64,000 bases of DNA from contig SMSO01000034.1 of assembly GCA_004764695.1 (NCBI GenBank), positions 3,596,001 through 3,660,000 on the forward strand. The letters run 5' to 3'. Within the stretch, counting starts at the first letter, position 1; every line of letters starts with the position of its first letter. A program made the position numbers and the translations under genes. Below the pieces are notes generated by a model. It saw only the letters and a list, made by a program, of their open reading frames with translations. It did no database searches and was not told the origin of the DNA. Of this stretch, positions 11,249-22,465 are shown piece after piece. This stretch comes from Schizochytrium sp. TIO01 (taxonomy: Eukaryota; Protista; Bigyra: Labyrinthulomycetes).

Positions 11249-14200
11249 TGCACAGCACGGCACGGAATTGATTGATGGATTGATGCTCAAATAATGTGGG
11301 CGAAGATGGAGAAGTGCACAATGGAAGTTTCAAGTTTTCAAATTCATTTGTTTTAGTAATCGACATAGCCTCATCTACTATTTATTCTACGCTATTCGTA
11401 TTAAAACTACTTAACCTACTTAGTCTTTAATCCTTTAAACTAAAATGTAGCTACTTCACTAGTAGGAGGCTACCACTATCACTGTGCTCTAAAGTTTATT
11501 TACTTATTTATTCATTTACATATTCATTTATAAACTTCTTTACTATAGGTACGTACCATGGTGGCTCTAAAGCGAAGTAGCCGGGGCTTTCCCATTCAAG
11601 CTCGGAGGGCATCTCCTCCACTAAAGGTTGTGAAGAGCGTCGTTTTATTATCCTTAGTTACGCTTGAGCCGACTTTATAAATCAGCCGAGAGGTCATTTG
11701 ATCGAACTGATCGACGTCTTTTCGTATTTCCTTCAAGTAGACTTTATTCTTATTTTTTCAAATGGAGTCCTACCCAAATCAGTAGCACGCGGTAGTAGAC
11801 ACGGATGAGAGGAGGACCAGCGTGTGTGCACGGTGCACACGCCACATCTTCCTTCCCGCCTTGAGTACACGGGCTGTTTACTAAGAGCACAGCTTTGTGA
11901 AATTTGAGTAAAGGGGGAATTGTACGTGCCACCATTACAAGACTCGCCGTTGTTGGGCGATGGCCAGTGCCGACTACCTTGTGTAAGGGCTCTAATGATT
12001 TAACTTGCTTTCTTTCGATCATCTTCAGGTATTTAGAGACTATCCTCGTTGGTGGCGGAGGTGGTTGTCTTGAGCTGCTTAACTGCCTCCACGATGTTGT
12101 CCGGAAGACAGCAAGTACGCTTTCCAGTGCAGAGAAACGGCGTGCGTACTGTTGTGTATTATTACATTGGGGTTGCAAGAGTCTCGAGCGGTGCAGCACC
12201 ACGTCTGTTAGAACTTTGAAGAGCCTCAAGTCGAGTGTCCACTCTTCAAGATGGATAAAAGAGACCTGGAGATCATCGAAGAATCACTGAAATCAGAAGC
12301 GAAACGATCGTCAGAAACAAAATTAGCAGCGCTAGGTCTCCTCCAATATCTCAGTTTTGATGAATTCTCAGCAGTTTGGCAGATAGATATCAAGTCAGAG
12401 AATAACGTCCATTTAACTTCTATCTACCTGTCAACGCGAGTGCTCAAATTGAAGTCTAAGCTTCTAAAAGCTGAGCATACGGCAGGTCAGCTCCACCCTC
12501 CGGCTGTATTCTAGGTAGGTGGGTACCTAGGAGAAACGAAGAAACGCCAGCCGGAGAGGTATTCACCGCTGTGCACAACTTCAATTTTTCATCAAAGTAT
12601 ACCGAATTGTGCTTTACAAGAGTGGATTGCATGAGCGATCATGTGCATCCGTCCTGTTTCAAGTGCTCGCGTGTCACCGAAATCTACAGGCTGAGTTTTA
12701 CCCTTTGCGCTGCGCGTGTCTGGTATAGCTAGTTAATCCACTACCTACTGCTACCTTTTAGTAGTACTATGCATGAAAATCTGTACTGAGGTAATATGGC
12801 CAGTGAAGATTGCAAATGAGACACACGCCCAAATAGAGCATTCAAAGCAGAGATTCTTTTTTTGCTCGGCGCCTAAAAGTAACCCTCAGTGTCCGTCGCA
12901 CCCTCTACTGCTAGGTACCGTACCTCCCTTATGATTAGCAGCATGGGCAAGGAATAAGCTGTGATTGGTCTGGACAGCGATGAAACGCAAGGTGCAAGAA
13001 ATAATCTTTTGAGGGTCTGCATGCCATCACCATGGCTAGAATAACGAATATGCAAATATGCCGTAGATCATGTTCTTGCTCTTGAGCTTGGGCTTATTTT
13101 ATACGTCGGTATTGGCGAAATCTCAATTTGCCACTCTTACTTGACAAAGGTAATGAGTTAGAGTGTTTTAACTTGGGTAAAAACCTTTTTGTTAAAGCAA
13201 TGAGTCGGTGTTAGCTTGCCTGATCAGGATTAGAACGAAGCATTACTCTTAGTTTCTTTGTTTAGAACAACGTAAGTTCTTGCTATAATGTCAATTTACG
13301 CTTGCCATATCAATACTTCCTTTGAGCGCACCTGCAGAGCCATGGTGAAGTACAATTGGAGTAATAAAGTTCCCCCATGTATTGATGATCAAGTAAATTG
13401 GACACCGCACTTGCAACATCAATTCTTGCTTGAAATTTACTAGTAGGGACACCACGATGTACATTTAAAAGAATAAATCCATTCCTTTGCATAGTTGATA
13501 AAATTGGTTCTTTTTACAGCGAGTACTTTCATGGAAACACGATGTACAATTTGGTGGGTATTAATGAAGTCCTGATTTTGCTCCTGCGCAACTTCGTGAG
13601 TGCCCTGTAATTTTCAAGAAGAAACTCAAGATAGTCCTCAAGACTTACAATGTAGGCAGTGTTCGTTTTGGAGACATGCTTCAAAACTCACTCTTCCGCA
13701 AAGAGTTTCACCTTGCTGATTTTATTCTGTACAAGTCTATCTATTCATTGTTAACAACGCCCTTTCGAAAGAAGTGAGACATCCAAAGAACAAGTTTCTT
13801 CTTTCGGAAAACCTATTTTCTTCAAGGAAGCTGCAAATATACTTATTGTCTAAGTAATGACTCAGAAATTTAGCTATATGCAGTATTACTTGTAAGTGTA
13901 CTTGCGACTTTAAGTTCAAGTCTACTCTAAAACAATCTATATTCTCTTCTTTCGAAGAAAAAAGGAGCGAAGCCAATGTTTAGCATTGTAATCTGCCAAT
14001 TAATGCAAAATATGCAAGAGATGCCGAAGGGCAAATCTTCTTGGACATCGCAAGCCTCAAATCTCGTTGATCAAGACTCGAAAGAGTCTCTTCGAAATTG
14101 TCTTTGCACTTTGATATTTCCCCCCATGTCTCGCAACGATGTTCTCATCCCTCCAAGATTCCAGCGAGGTCTGTCACTCCTACTTTGCTTTGAGCGTCAC

Positions 14201-15431
14201 TTGTATCATCTTGCAGCTTACCTTTCGTAAAGATAGTAATTCGTTATGGTCTAGCCCCTTCCTAAGTAAGTGCAGTAGCCAAGTGCTGGCTTCGTGTTAC
14301 ATCTTACTAAATACACCATTCCGCTTTTATAAGTCTGCAATAATCTCATGCATTGACCATAGCAACTGATGTGCACAGGTCACCAGAACAGGGCTCTGTG
14401 TTCGGACCCTGTGTGGAAGAGTCTGCGCATGAGGGCGGGCTTCAGAGACTACTGCTCGAATTGGTAAATGCTGTGGTGTTTTAGTCCAAGCTGATCATAA
14501 GATCGCTTGTGATCAGTTAGTTCGAGGCAGCAGTCGACCAATGATTGTCCTAACTTGAGATCCATCAGATTGCCCGCGAGTTGGCAAACTTGGAGCTAGC
14601 TCAACGTTAACTTCTGTTGGGTAGGAGGTCTGAGAAGTGAATGAAATGCCTTAGCAGGGCTACAGAGCTCCAAGAATGGTAAGTAGGTAGGTATTGCCTG
14701 CTGCAATTCCCAGCCTGTGGTTGCGGTGCTACCAAATTGCAACCCGGTCAGCCAAGCCTCCGCTTTCCTGGGTTTCCCACGCAATGCATACTGCCCTGTT
14801 TAAGCAAGGTCCAGCTTGGGCACGGCTTTGCGCACTTGACCGCCCTGCATTACATCCTTTCTTTTTCATCATTATGTAGCTATTACATTTCCGCGAAGCC
14901 GAGGGCCTTCTCGGAAAGGGGTCTTTCCCATCCAAATCCTTCTGGCCATGGCTGATCTGCCCAGCTAGTTCTGGCTCTGCAGACGGTCGTAACTCATAAC
15001 TGTCCCGCGGCAGCAGGTTTTGCGCACTCTGATAAGGGTGGCGGAGTCTTTGGAGTTATTCTGGGATTTCATGACACTATTTTCATTGCTTTGTTTCAAG
15101 ATCTTGTTTTTTATGATGATGAAAAATGTGAAAGGGCGAAAGAAAAGAGTCCAGGAGGAAGAAAGGTCCGCTCTTATGAGAGAGGATAGCGTAAATGATA
15201 AGGGTGCTGTAATTGATGAAACACTGGCTTATTATAACTAAGAAGAGCAGAATGACGGGAATTGGAGATTAACAGCAGCAGCAGCACAGCAGCAGCAATC
15301 CAGGATTTTGCGGAGCAGGAGCTCTGGTTTGAGAAGAAGAGCAATTCGCAATAGGCCGGGGCTGCTGCAGGCAAATTGCTGGCTGAGATCTCCATCTTCT
15401 GATACTCGTTTGGATTTTGAGTGCGAGGAAT

Positions 15432-16136
15432 ATGTCGCTGCGACTTGTACCGAAGGCGATCAAGCCTGCGGACTTGAAGAATGTCAACAAGTTCATGGGC
15501 GACCTCAAGGCGAGGGACAAGATTATGCGCTTTGTGCAGTACTTCAGCAAGTTTGTGGTAATGCAGCTCAAACAAATGGACGGAAAGTCTGACCTTGCCA
15601 ACCGTATCGAGCTTCTCAGCAAGGCTATTGGCCTCCACCGCAAGGCCTTTAAGATTGGTTCCTTTCTCGAGGAATACCAAAAGTTTTTGGAGATCCTTCG
15701 CGACACTAAGGACGACCCCAAGCGCCTGTTGAACCTCGTTCTGCGAGCTTGCATGGCAATCTTCACTGTTCTTGACAACCTTGTCTGGTTTGTGAGCCTT
15801 AAGGTTATCGATCTGGATAAGGATGCCCTCAAGATGAAGGCGTACAAGTTCCGCCTCGCTGCCGCTGCGATCAGCACCGTGACTAGCGTTATGGACTTCC
15901 AGAAACAAGCAAAGGTCGTGGCTAGCGCCAAAGACGACACTGAGCGCGTTAAGGCTGAGGAAAAGCAGGGTGCCAATGTCGTTGGTCTTGCCAAGAACGT
16001 CTTCGACGTTGTCACGTACGGAAACTCTGCTGAGCTCGTCAAGGCCGTGCGTGGATCCAGCTACGATGATAACGTCATTGGTCTTGTTGGCGCAGCATCC
16101 TCCGCTGCTGCTATGTACAGTATCTGGACCAAGTAA
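15432..16136 (+). CDS. PEX11: Peroxisomal biogenesis factor 11
   Basis: ARDKIMRFVQYFSKF, HRKAFKIG, DNLVW and a C-terminal VIGLVGAASSAAAMYSIW TM segment. 234 aa from ATG 15432, with strong codon bias. Confidence 0.9.
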   Translation: MSLRLVPKAIKPADLKNVNKFMGDLKARDKIMRFVQYFSKFVVMQLKQMDGKSDLANRIELLSKAIGLHRKAFKIGSFLEEYQKFLEILRDTKDDPKRLLNLVLRACMAIFTVLDNLVWFVSLKVIDLDKDALKMKAYKFRLAAAAISTVTSVMDFQKQAKVVASAKDDTERVKAEEKQGANVVGLAKNVFDVVTYGNSAELVKAVRGSSYDDNVIGLVGAASSAAAMYSIWTK

Positions 16137-16869
16137 ACCCCTTCCCAAGATACAAATCCTGTCTTACTACTCGCCCGAGCTTGAACGTATGCTTGAGCTT
16201 CCGCACTTCAGCTATTCCTGCTGCTGCGGCAGATTCGACGCCATAGATGCTGAGGCTAAGCATGCTGCTGCTATCGCCCAGCTATGTATGACTGACCACC
16301 TGTTTGAACACCCTAAACTTCAAAAAATCAACATATTTCACTTTTCCGCGTCGGTTTTGTTTGATCCCAGGTTTAAGAACCAAGCATATATTTCATCATC
16401 CTTGGTTGTATGATACTCTAGTACACTCGATCGAAAATTGGCCTGTAAACGGTATCCTCATGAGAACAAGAAATTGTCTAGATCTCTTCAATGAACCTCT
16501 AACCCTTTACTCCCCCACGAGAAAACTTGTCTACGAAAGAAACATAAAAAAGAATAACAAAATAACATAGCTTAGTTGCGAAGAACTTCTGTTGTGTAAG
16601 AAGCATATAACTAAATTTTCGATGGATCGGGAAGAAAATTAACAACGGTTTGATACACTTAATATATCAAATGAATATAGATCAAGCTTTATCTCAGCGT
16701 TACAAATATATGCATAATTGTAATCAAGAGCAAAGATCTTAACGAAATCAATTATCACTTGTCAGACTTCCCTTACGTAACTTAACAAGTGCAATCCGTA
16801 TGCCAAAAGGGGGGCTTTGTGTCTTTTAAAGGTGATTGCTATGGTGAAAAGTTCTCACGCCACACTGTT

Positions 16870-18240
16870 TCAAACATCAACAAGAAGATGATCGTCGTGG
16901 TGGAGATCTGCTATAGAGCGTACAACAACTTTAAGATCTCCGTTTTTCAGAGTTAGTTGCTCGGCGTCTCTTACTCTTACGCCTGTAGCAGCCTCTATAG
17001 AAGCAAGAAAGTCAGCCCAGTCAGTCAACGGATTTACATGGATCACCTCTGCTTGATGGGGGTTAAGAGTCGTCGCAACAAATATACGCTTGAGATCGCG
17101 TTCCTCAGATGGCAACATTGTATCCACCATGTTTCGCAGTGATCGTAGTGAATCCATGGAGTCTGTTGGCTGCTGCTGGTGTCGAGAGGTTCTCATTGAC
17201 AGACTTTTAGTCGAAGATTTGTGACGAGGCGTCACTGCAAGTCCATAGCGGTCGCGATATTCGTTGAGAAGCCTTACGACCTCATCAGCGTCTTTACAAA
17301 ACCATACATCTTGCAAAGTTTCTTGTTGCATTTCCGAAGCAACGTGGTGCCAATGAGAACTACGTTTACGAGAGTAAGCGTATGAGATGCTCACAGTTAG
17401 GTAGCTAGATGAGCACACTCTACCACCTTCCTCGGTAGACTGGATCAGAATAATATCGCACCATGGAATAAATGTGTTCTTGTAACCCACATTTCGAGGC
17501 AACGCCCATGTGTCTTCAGGGATTGGCTTACAAAAAGTTCCAAGTCCCTTTTCTGTGATGTAGTAAAATGTATTACTTCCAGCTTCCTCCGCTTGATGCG
17601 CCCCACGCAACATGCACGGCGTGACAAAGCATAACCAAGCATACAACGGATTTAAAAGTAAGCGCATTTGAGAGTAAGCCTCCAAATGAACCACTTCTAT
17701 ATTTGCACGAAACATTGTAATGATTTTTTCGCGACGACCAAGTGCCTCTTGAGCATGGTTGATTTCTTCGGCAGAAAGAACTAACTCCTCTTCTTCAAAA
17801 TCAACTGGAACAGGAGGAGGGGGTAAATCACAGCTAGGTAGATCCTCCTCGTCATTCTCAATTGTTTCGATCTTTCCACTAGGGAACTTTGGTAGCTTGG
17901 AGGGCTGGCCTGGCACCAAGCGGAAACGTCCGCTCTCATGCTCTAAGAGACTGTCTGGAGACCCCACCTTGGCTGACACTGAGACAGGTGCGATCTTCCC
18001 TGAATGCACCTCTCCAACGTCCTCCGTGGCCTCACCCATCTTTCCCGCGTTGAGGTTTAATGCAGGTTTGCCATCTAATAGGGTTTTGCTTTTGGTGTCC
18101 TGAAAATCGAGTGCACCATTGACTTCTTCCTCAAAAATCGTGTTGTCATCACCATCATCATCACCATCGCTCTTCCTATTGTCATCTTTTGGCTTCACCA
18201 AGAAGTTCGGCATCCTCAAAGATCCCATTTTAGCCATCAT
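16870..18240 (-). CDS. Uncharacterised protein; possible PH-like central domain and C-terminal ubiquitin-like (KHA/PB1/DCX-like) domain
   Basis: Intact 456-aa ORF from ATG 18240. FYYITEKGL…IPWCDI…KDADEVVRLL resembles a PH-like fold. The C-terminus DWADFLASIEAATGV…VRSIADLHHDDHLLV resembles beta-grasp modules. Domain calls are by eye. Confidence 0.75.
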   Translation of the reverse strand: MMAKMGSLRMPNFLVKPKDDNRKSDGDDDGDDNTIFEEEVNGALDFQDTKSKTLLDGKPALNLNAGKMGEATEDVGEVHSGKIAPVSVSAKVGSPDSLLEHESGRFRLVPGQPSKLPKFPSGKIETIENDEEDLPSCDLPPPPVPVDFEEEELVLSAEEINHAQEALGRREKIITMFRANIEVVHLEAYSQMRLLLNPLYAWLCFVTPCMLRGAHQAEEAGSNTFYYITEKGLGTFCKPIPEDTWALPRNVGYKNTFIPWCDIILIQSTEEGGRVCSSSYLTVSISYAYSRKRSSHWHHVASEMQQETLQDVWFCKDADEVVRLLNEYRDRYGLAVTPRHKSSTKSLSMRTSRHQQQPTDSMDSLRSLRNMVDTMLPSEERDLKRIFVATTLNPHQAEVIHVNPLTDWADFLASIEAATGVRVRDAEQLTLKNGDLKVVVRSIADLHHDDHLLVDV

Positions 18241-19835
18241 CGTACTACCCAGATACCTGGCCTCGTAGCCCAACCTAAAAACACTTCTGAACTCGAGCCA
18301 CGATCTAAGTAAACGAGCTTTAGCTACGCAGCGAGAAGCAATCTGTCAAAATTTCAAAGTTGATGTTTGTAGCTACGCTTTTCGAACCTTCCCTCGACCA
18401 AGTACCTCAGGGTCCCCTCAAAAACACTCGTTCACTCGCTCGCTTGCTAACACAGGATAATAGTTTGAAATATCTGCCGCGGCTTGATCCCCTGTTCCTA
18501 GAGACCTTACCCTAGCAGCAAGGAAGTCTCCCTTTGATTGTCTTTATACTATCTAATATGCGCTTCTAGTAGAGGAAAGTGAAAGTATGGAGCACGTAGG
18601 AGTCAATCTTGGAACCCAGCGAGCTTTGTCCGTGTAGTAGGTACAGTCAAAATGACTTGATTGAATAAATCCAAATTCTCCTCTAGTGAAGTAGTCCAGG
18701 ACAACAACAGGCAGCTAGCCGCGAATTAAGCCGCCTGCCGTTGCAAGCCTTTAGTTTGCGCAACTCAGGGCTTACTAGGGTAAGTCCACAGCAATCGCCG
18801 ATGAGTGAAACTTGAAAGCTCGACTTTGGGCTTTGTGGAGTGTGCGCTACCGTAGCCCCAATACGTTAATGCTGGTGAGCCTTCTCAAGCAAGGGGTTTG
18901 TTGAAGTCAGAGGTTTGCAAGTGCATTGACCAACATACTCTCAACAATCCAGCAGGCTGTCGCTGTATTGTCCACACTTGGCACCTTTCGCGCATTCATC
19001 TTGGCCCCATAAGTCACATTCTAGCACTCTGGACGCCCGGGGGGTACAGCACAGCAAATATCGTTTTAATGTACACACCTTACATAATGAAGCTATATAT
19101 TTGTCACTACAACACTCCTAAAGACTCAGTCAATATACCCTTTTCCTTCGGGTCTAGCAGGAAATTGCTTCCTCTCGAATTATGACTAGTTAAAGTCTCT
19201 TAGCTTAGGTAAAAACTCAAGCTGGATAATGACTCATTGCCAATACTACACTGTTTTGTTTATTGACCATTCTCAGGACCTACACTGCGAACAATGCTCT
19301 TATTTGGAACCATGTCTGTTGTATCCCAGCCGTTACATGTCATGTCTGTTTTCATGAGCAAAAACATGCTATTTTCAATACTTACGAGCTTATTAGGGTT
19401 CTTGGAACGACATTGGCATGGTATCCAGTATAAATCTGCGAGAGGCACTCTATCTCCTTTCAAATTCAGGCTGGGTGTCTTGATGATTCTTAGAGGTCAA
19501 TTAAATTGGCAAGTTTTAAAGAGCATTTTTCGCCTTTATTACATAATGTTCATGGGAGGTACAAAGGTGCAAACAATATTGCACGTGCGTAAACCAAACG
19601 TCGAGCCACACGTTTGAAAGTGTCAAAAGAGCACGACTTTAGACTTAAATGCAAACATTTCCCCTTGTGGCCTGCTTATCCTGCCTCTTGCGAGAGTCTT
19701 CACATCCCCTCGCTATTTTTGTTATCAAAAGTTGTAATTTGAAGCAATATCATCTCGGAAGACGGCCAGCAACTCTTTGATTAGATACTCAATCAAGTGA
19801 TTCTAAACCTAACACAGAGGATGTGAAGGAATTAG

Positions 19836-20114
19836 GGTGATCAGGTTCGTGGTCGATGAGTCAGATTGAAAAGGATGGTATGATATAATTTTGTTCAATA
19901 GTATTGAAGAACGTGTGGGTATCAACCAAGTGCGTCCTACAAGTGATGAACAAATGTAAGTTATATACAAGCCACTGTGGCTGTCTATGTATCAGAGACA
20001 AATCAACTCGCACCCTACTAATGAGAAACTAGACGAACAACTCTCGATGTTACGTAATGACTTAGGATTACCCAAAAATGAAATAATTTCAACTGAGAGA
20101 GCCTTTGTTGGTTA
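19836..20114 (+). pseudogene. Relic containing a Tudor/Agenet-like fragment
   Basis: GDQVRGR* then, after a frameshift, GWYDIILFNSIEERVGINQVRP, continuing in frame through one stop to …LRNDLGLPKNEIISTERAFVG*. Confidence 0.35.
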
Positions 20115-20211
20115 AAAGAAAATGACAAATAACATTACTGCACAAATTGTTCTCGTGTGACAGTATGGAACTTTAAATTTAAGGTTCAATTCTTTCGTCA
20201 AATGAAGAGCT

Positions 20212-20233
20212 GAGAGAGAGAGAGAGAGAGAGA
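20212..20233 (+). repeat. (GA)11 microsatellite
   Basis: Directly visible. Confidence 0.9.
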
Positions 20234-22465
20234 AATCTCATCAGATGTCACGGATGAACTTTAAATGTAGTAGCACAAGCTCCTCGGAGAAAATTTTAGT
20301 CGTGGCATGGGGTGCGTTGATGCATCGATCAATGCAAATATCAATCTATGCACTGCGTGTACATTAAATTTGTTCCGCCCATATCTCTACCCAAATCTAT
20401 GAACATAGATCAAGATCATGCATAATGCTTGGCCCAAAACCATTGGTTCCTTGAAGACATTCTTATCTACTACTAGTTTTAGCTCTGTTTATGCGAGGCA
20501 CTTTCTAAGATATAATCAACGCGAACCAGAGGAAATCTGCAGTTTCAGGATTATTCTTTGAAGAGGTGAATGCATTTAACTTAGGAGATAGGGACTCCTT
20601 CATTTCGTCTTACGATATTTGGCTTCAAGTTGGCATCTTCTCATCCTTTATGACTCATGTTAGTTGTGTTGCACCGGCATAGTGGTTGATGAACTACACA
20701 AGACTGAGTACCACTCACTCTCTGAACACATTGCTGGAAATGAAGGCTGCTCTGATCATGTATGACAAATTAGTTTTTTTGTTTTGTTTTTTTTTCAAAA
20801 TATGAATATTCCTTCTGCGTGTCTGTCGCAAGATGAACCGCCTGTAACTACAGGTATTTAAAAAATTCAGTTCTGTTGACATGCATGTTCTCAAGTTTGA
20901 AACTCATAATAGTGTAGTCTTTCCTCTTATAACAGTGATCAGAATGTTATTAGAGTTATCATGACTGCAACACCCAAATCTGGAGACTAGAAAATAATCT
21001 CGGCCGCTTCCAAGTTCTATAGTAGATTGTATGTAGTCAGCAACTAGCTTGACAAACCAGTATGTCTCTCGTCAACGCACCCCAACGACCATGCTACTAG
21101 GAAGAAAGTGCGCACTTTCCTGCTTACTTCAAACGCGCCCAAACTCCGAGCCACAGGTCATGACTTTGACATACCAAGAGCGCCTTTTGCTATTGATTTC
21201 ATTCATTTTATTCCCATGATTCGTTCTCCTCGACTTTCTCTTCCTCCTCGCCCGTGGATTCTACAGCGTCCTGAGATAAACAGCATTTCTCCAACTGATT
21301 GCTACCTACCTAAAACTTTTCAACTGCTAAAGAGCTCTGTACGCGTGTAACTATTCTGTTTTTGAGTTTAAGATGTGCTGTGCACCCAGTCAATCATACA
21401 GTTAATGTTACTACTAGGACCACCATAGTCACTAAGTCACTCAGTCAGTCAGGCTTGCGTACCTGGTTCTTTTCTTCCTGCTATTCCTCTTTCGTCGCTG
21501 GCTGGTCGCCCTTCGATCCCAACTCTTGAATTCTACAGGCAAATCCCAAACTCTGAGCCTAGCCCAGCACAGGTGCACCTCCTCAAGTACATTGCCTGTA
21601 CACTGCTTTAGCTTTTGTCCTTTGTCGAACCCACGGAACTTCAAGCCCACCAAATCAATATTTCGTCCATAGCGTGCATAGGTGTGCGCCCCTCCCAAAG
21701 ACAGCTCTGGGTTCTCTTAATATCTGTGCGTCTTCAAAGACATACATTAATAATAAAGGACTGGGTGTTGGCCCTGAAGCCAGATCGCTCTCTTGGTTTC
21801 TCTTCCCTCCTTTGTGGCTGGTCAGTCCAGGTAATCATTCGCCCACTCATCCTCTGATAAAGTCTCTGTTCGGGTGCCTCCACTCTGGTCGATATATCGG
21901 GGTATAACCTCGGATCATCGCAGCAGAACCACCAGAGATTCTTGCGGCTACAGGACTGGCTCGTCCGCCTCCGTGTGGTGTTGGCAGTAAAAGTGCCAAG
22001 AGAGTCCTTTACTTTGTTAGGGGTTATACGCGAGGTTGATCAATTGAAGATTGTCAGTTTATCGGTCAGTTTCTGCTCCAACAAAGTCCCAACCAACCGA
22101 GAGAACAACAGCACTTGCCGAAGAGGGGCGCTCGCAGCGAGGGGCGGAGGCACCTCTTCAAAGTTGCGGAGGTCGGCCAAACTCGAACAAGTGCCTGCAA
22201 TCAGAAGCACTGTCACACAGCTAACTTTGACCAGAGAAGGACAACAAAGACGAACTTGCAGCTCACTAAACTAGAGGCCTTGCTCGTCGAATACACGATA
22301 TTCTTTTATGCACAAGAGACAAGAGCACCTTCGCGGTGAGTAAGGAATATCGTCGTAGCTCGCCAGTGCCATATTCAAGTCGTGCATTTTGTGCATTTGG
22401 GACGTATCAAAATCGTGGAAAGCTGAATTGTGATTCTGATATATTACACGTTCCTGTAGTCCCAA

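Noticed and set aside
15174-16148. 324-aa and 257-aa antisense ORFs over PEX11
   Set aside because: Shadow ORFs produced by strong codon bias in a highly expressed gene; no protein motifs.
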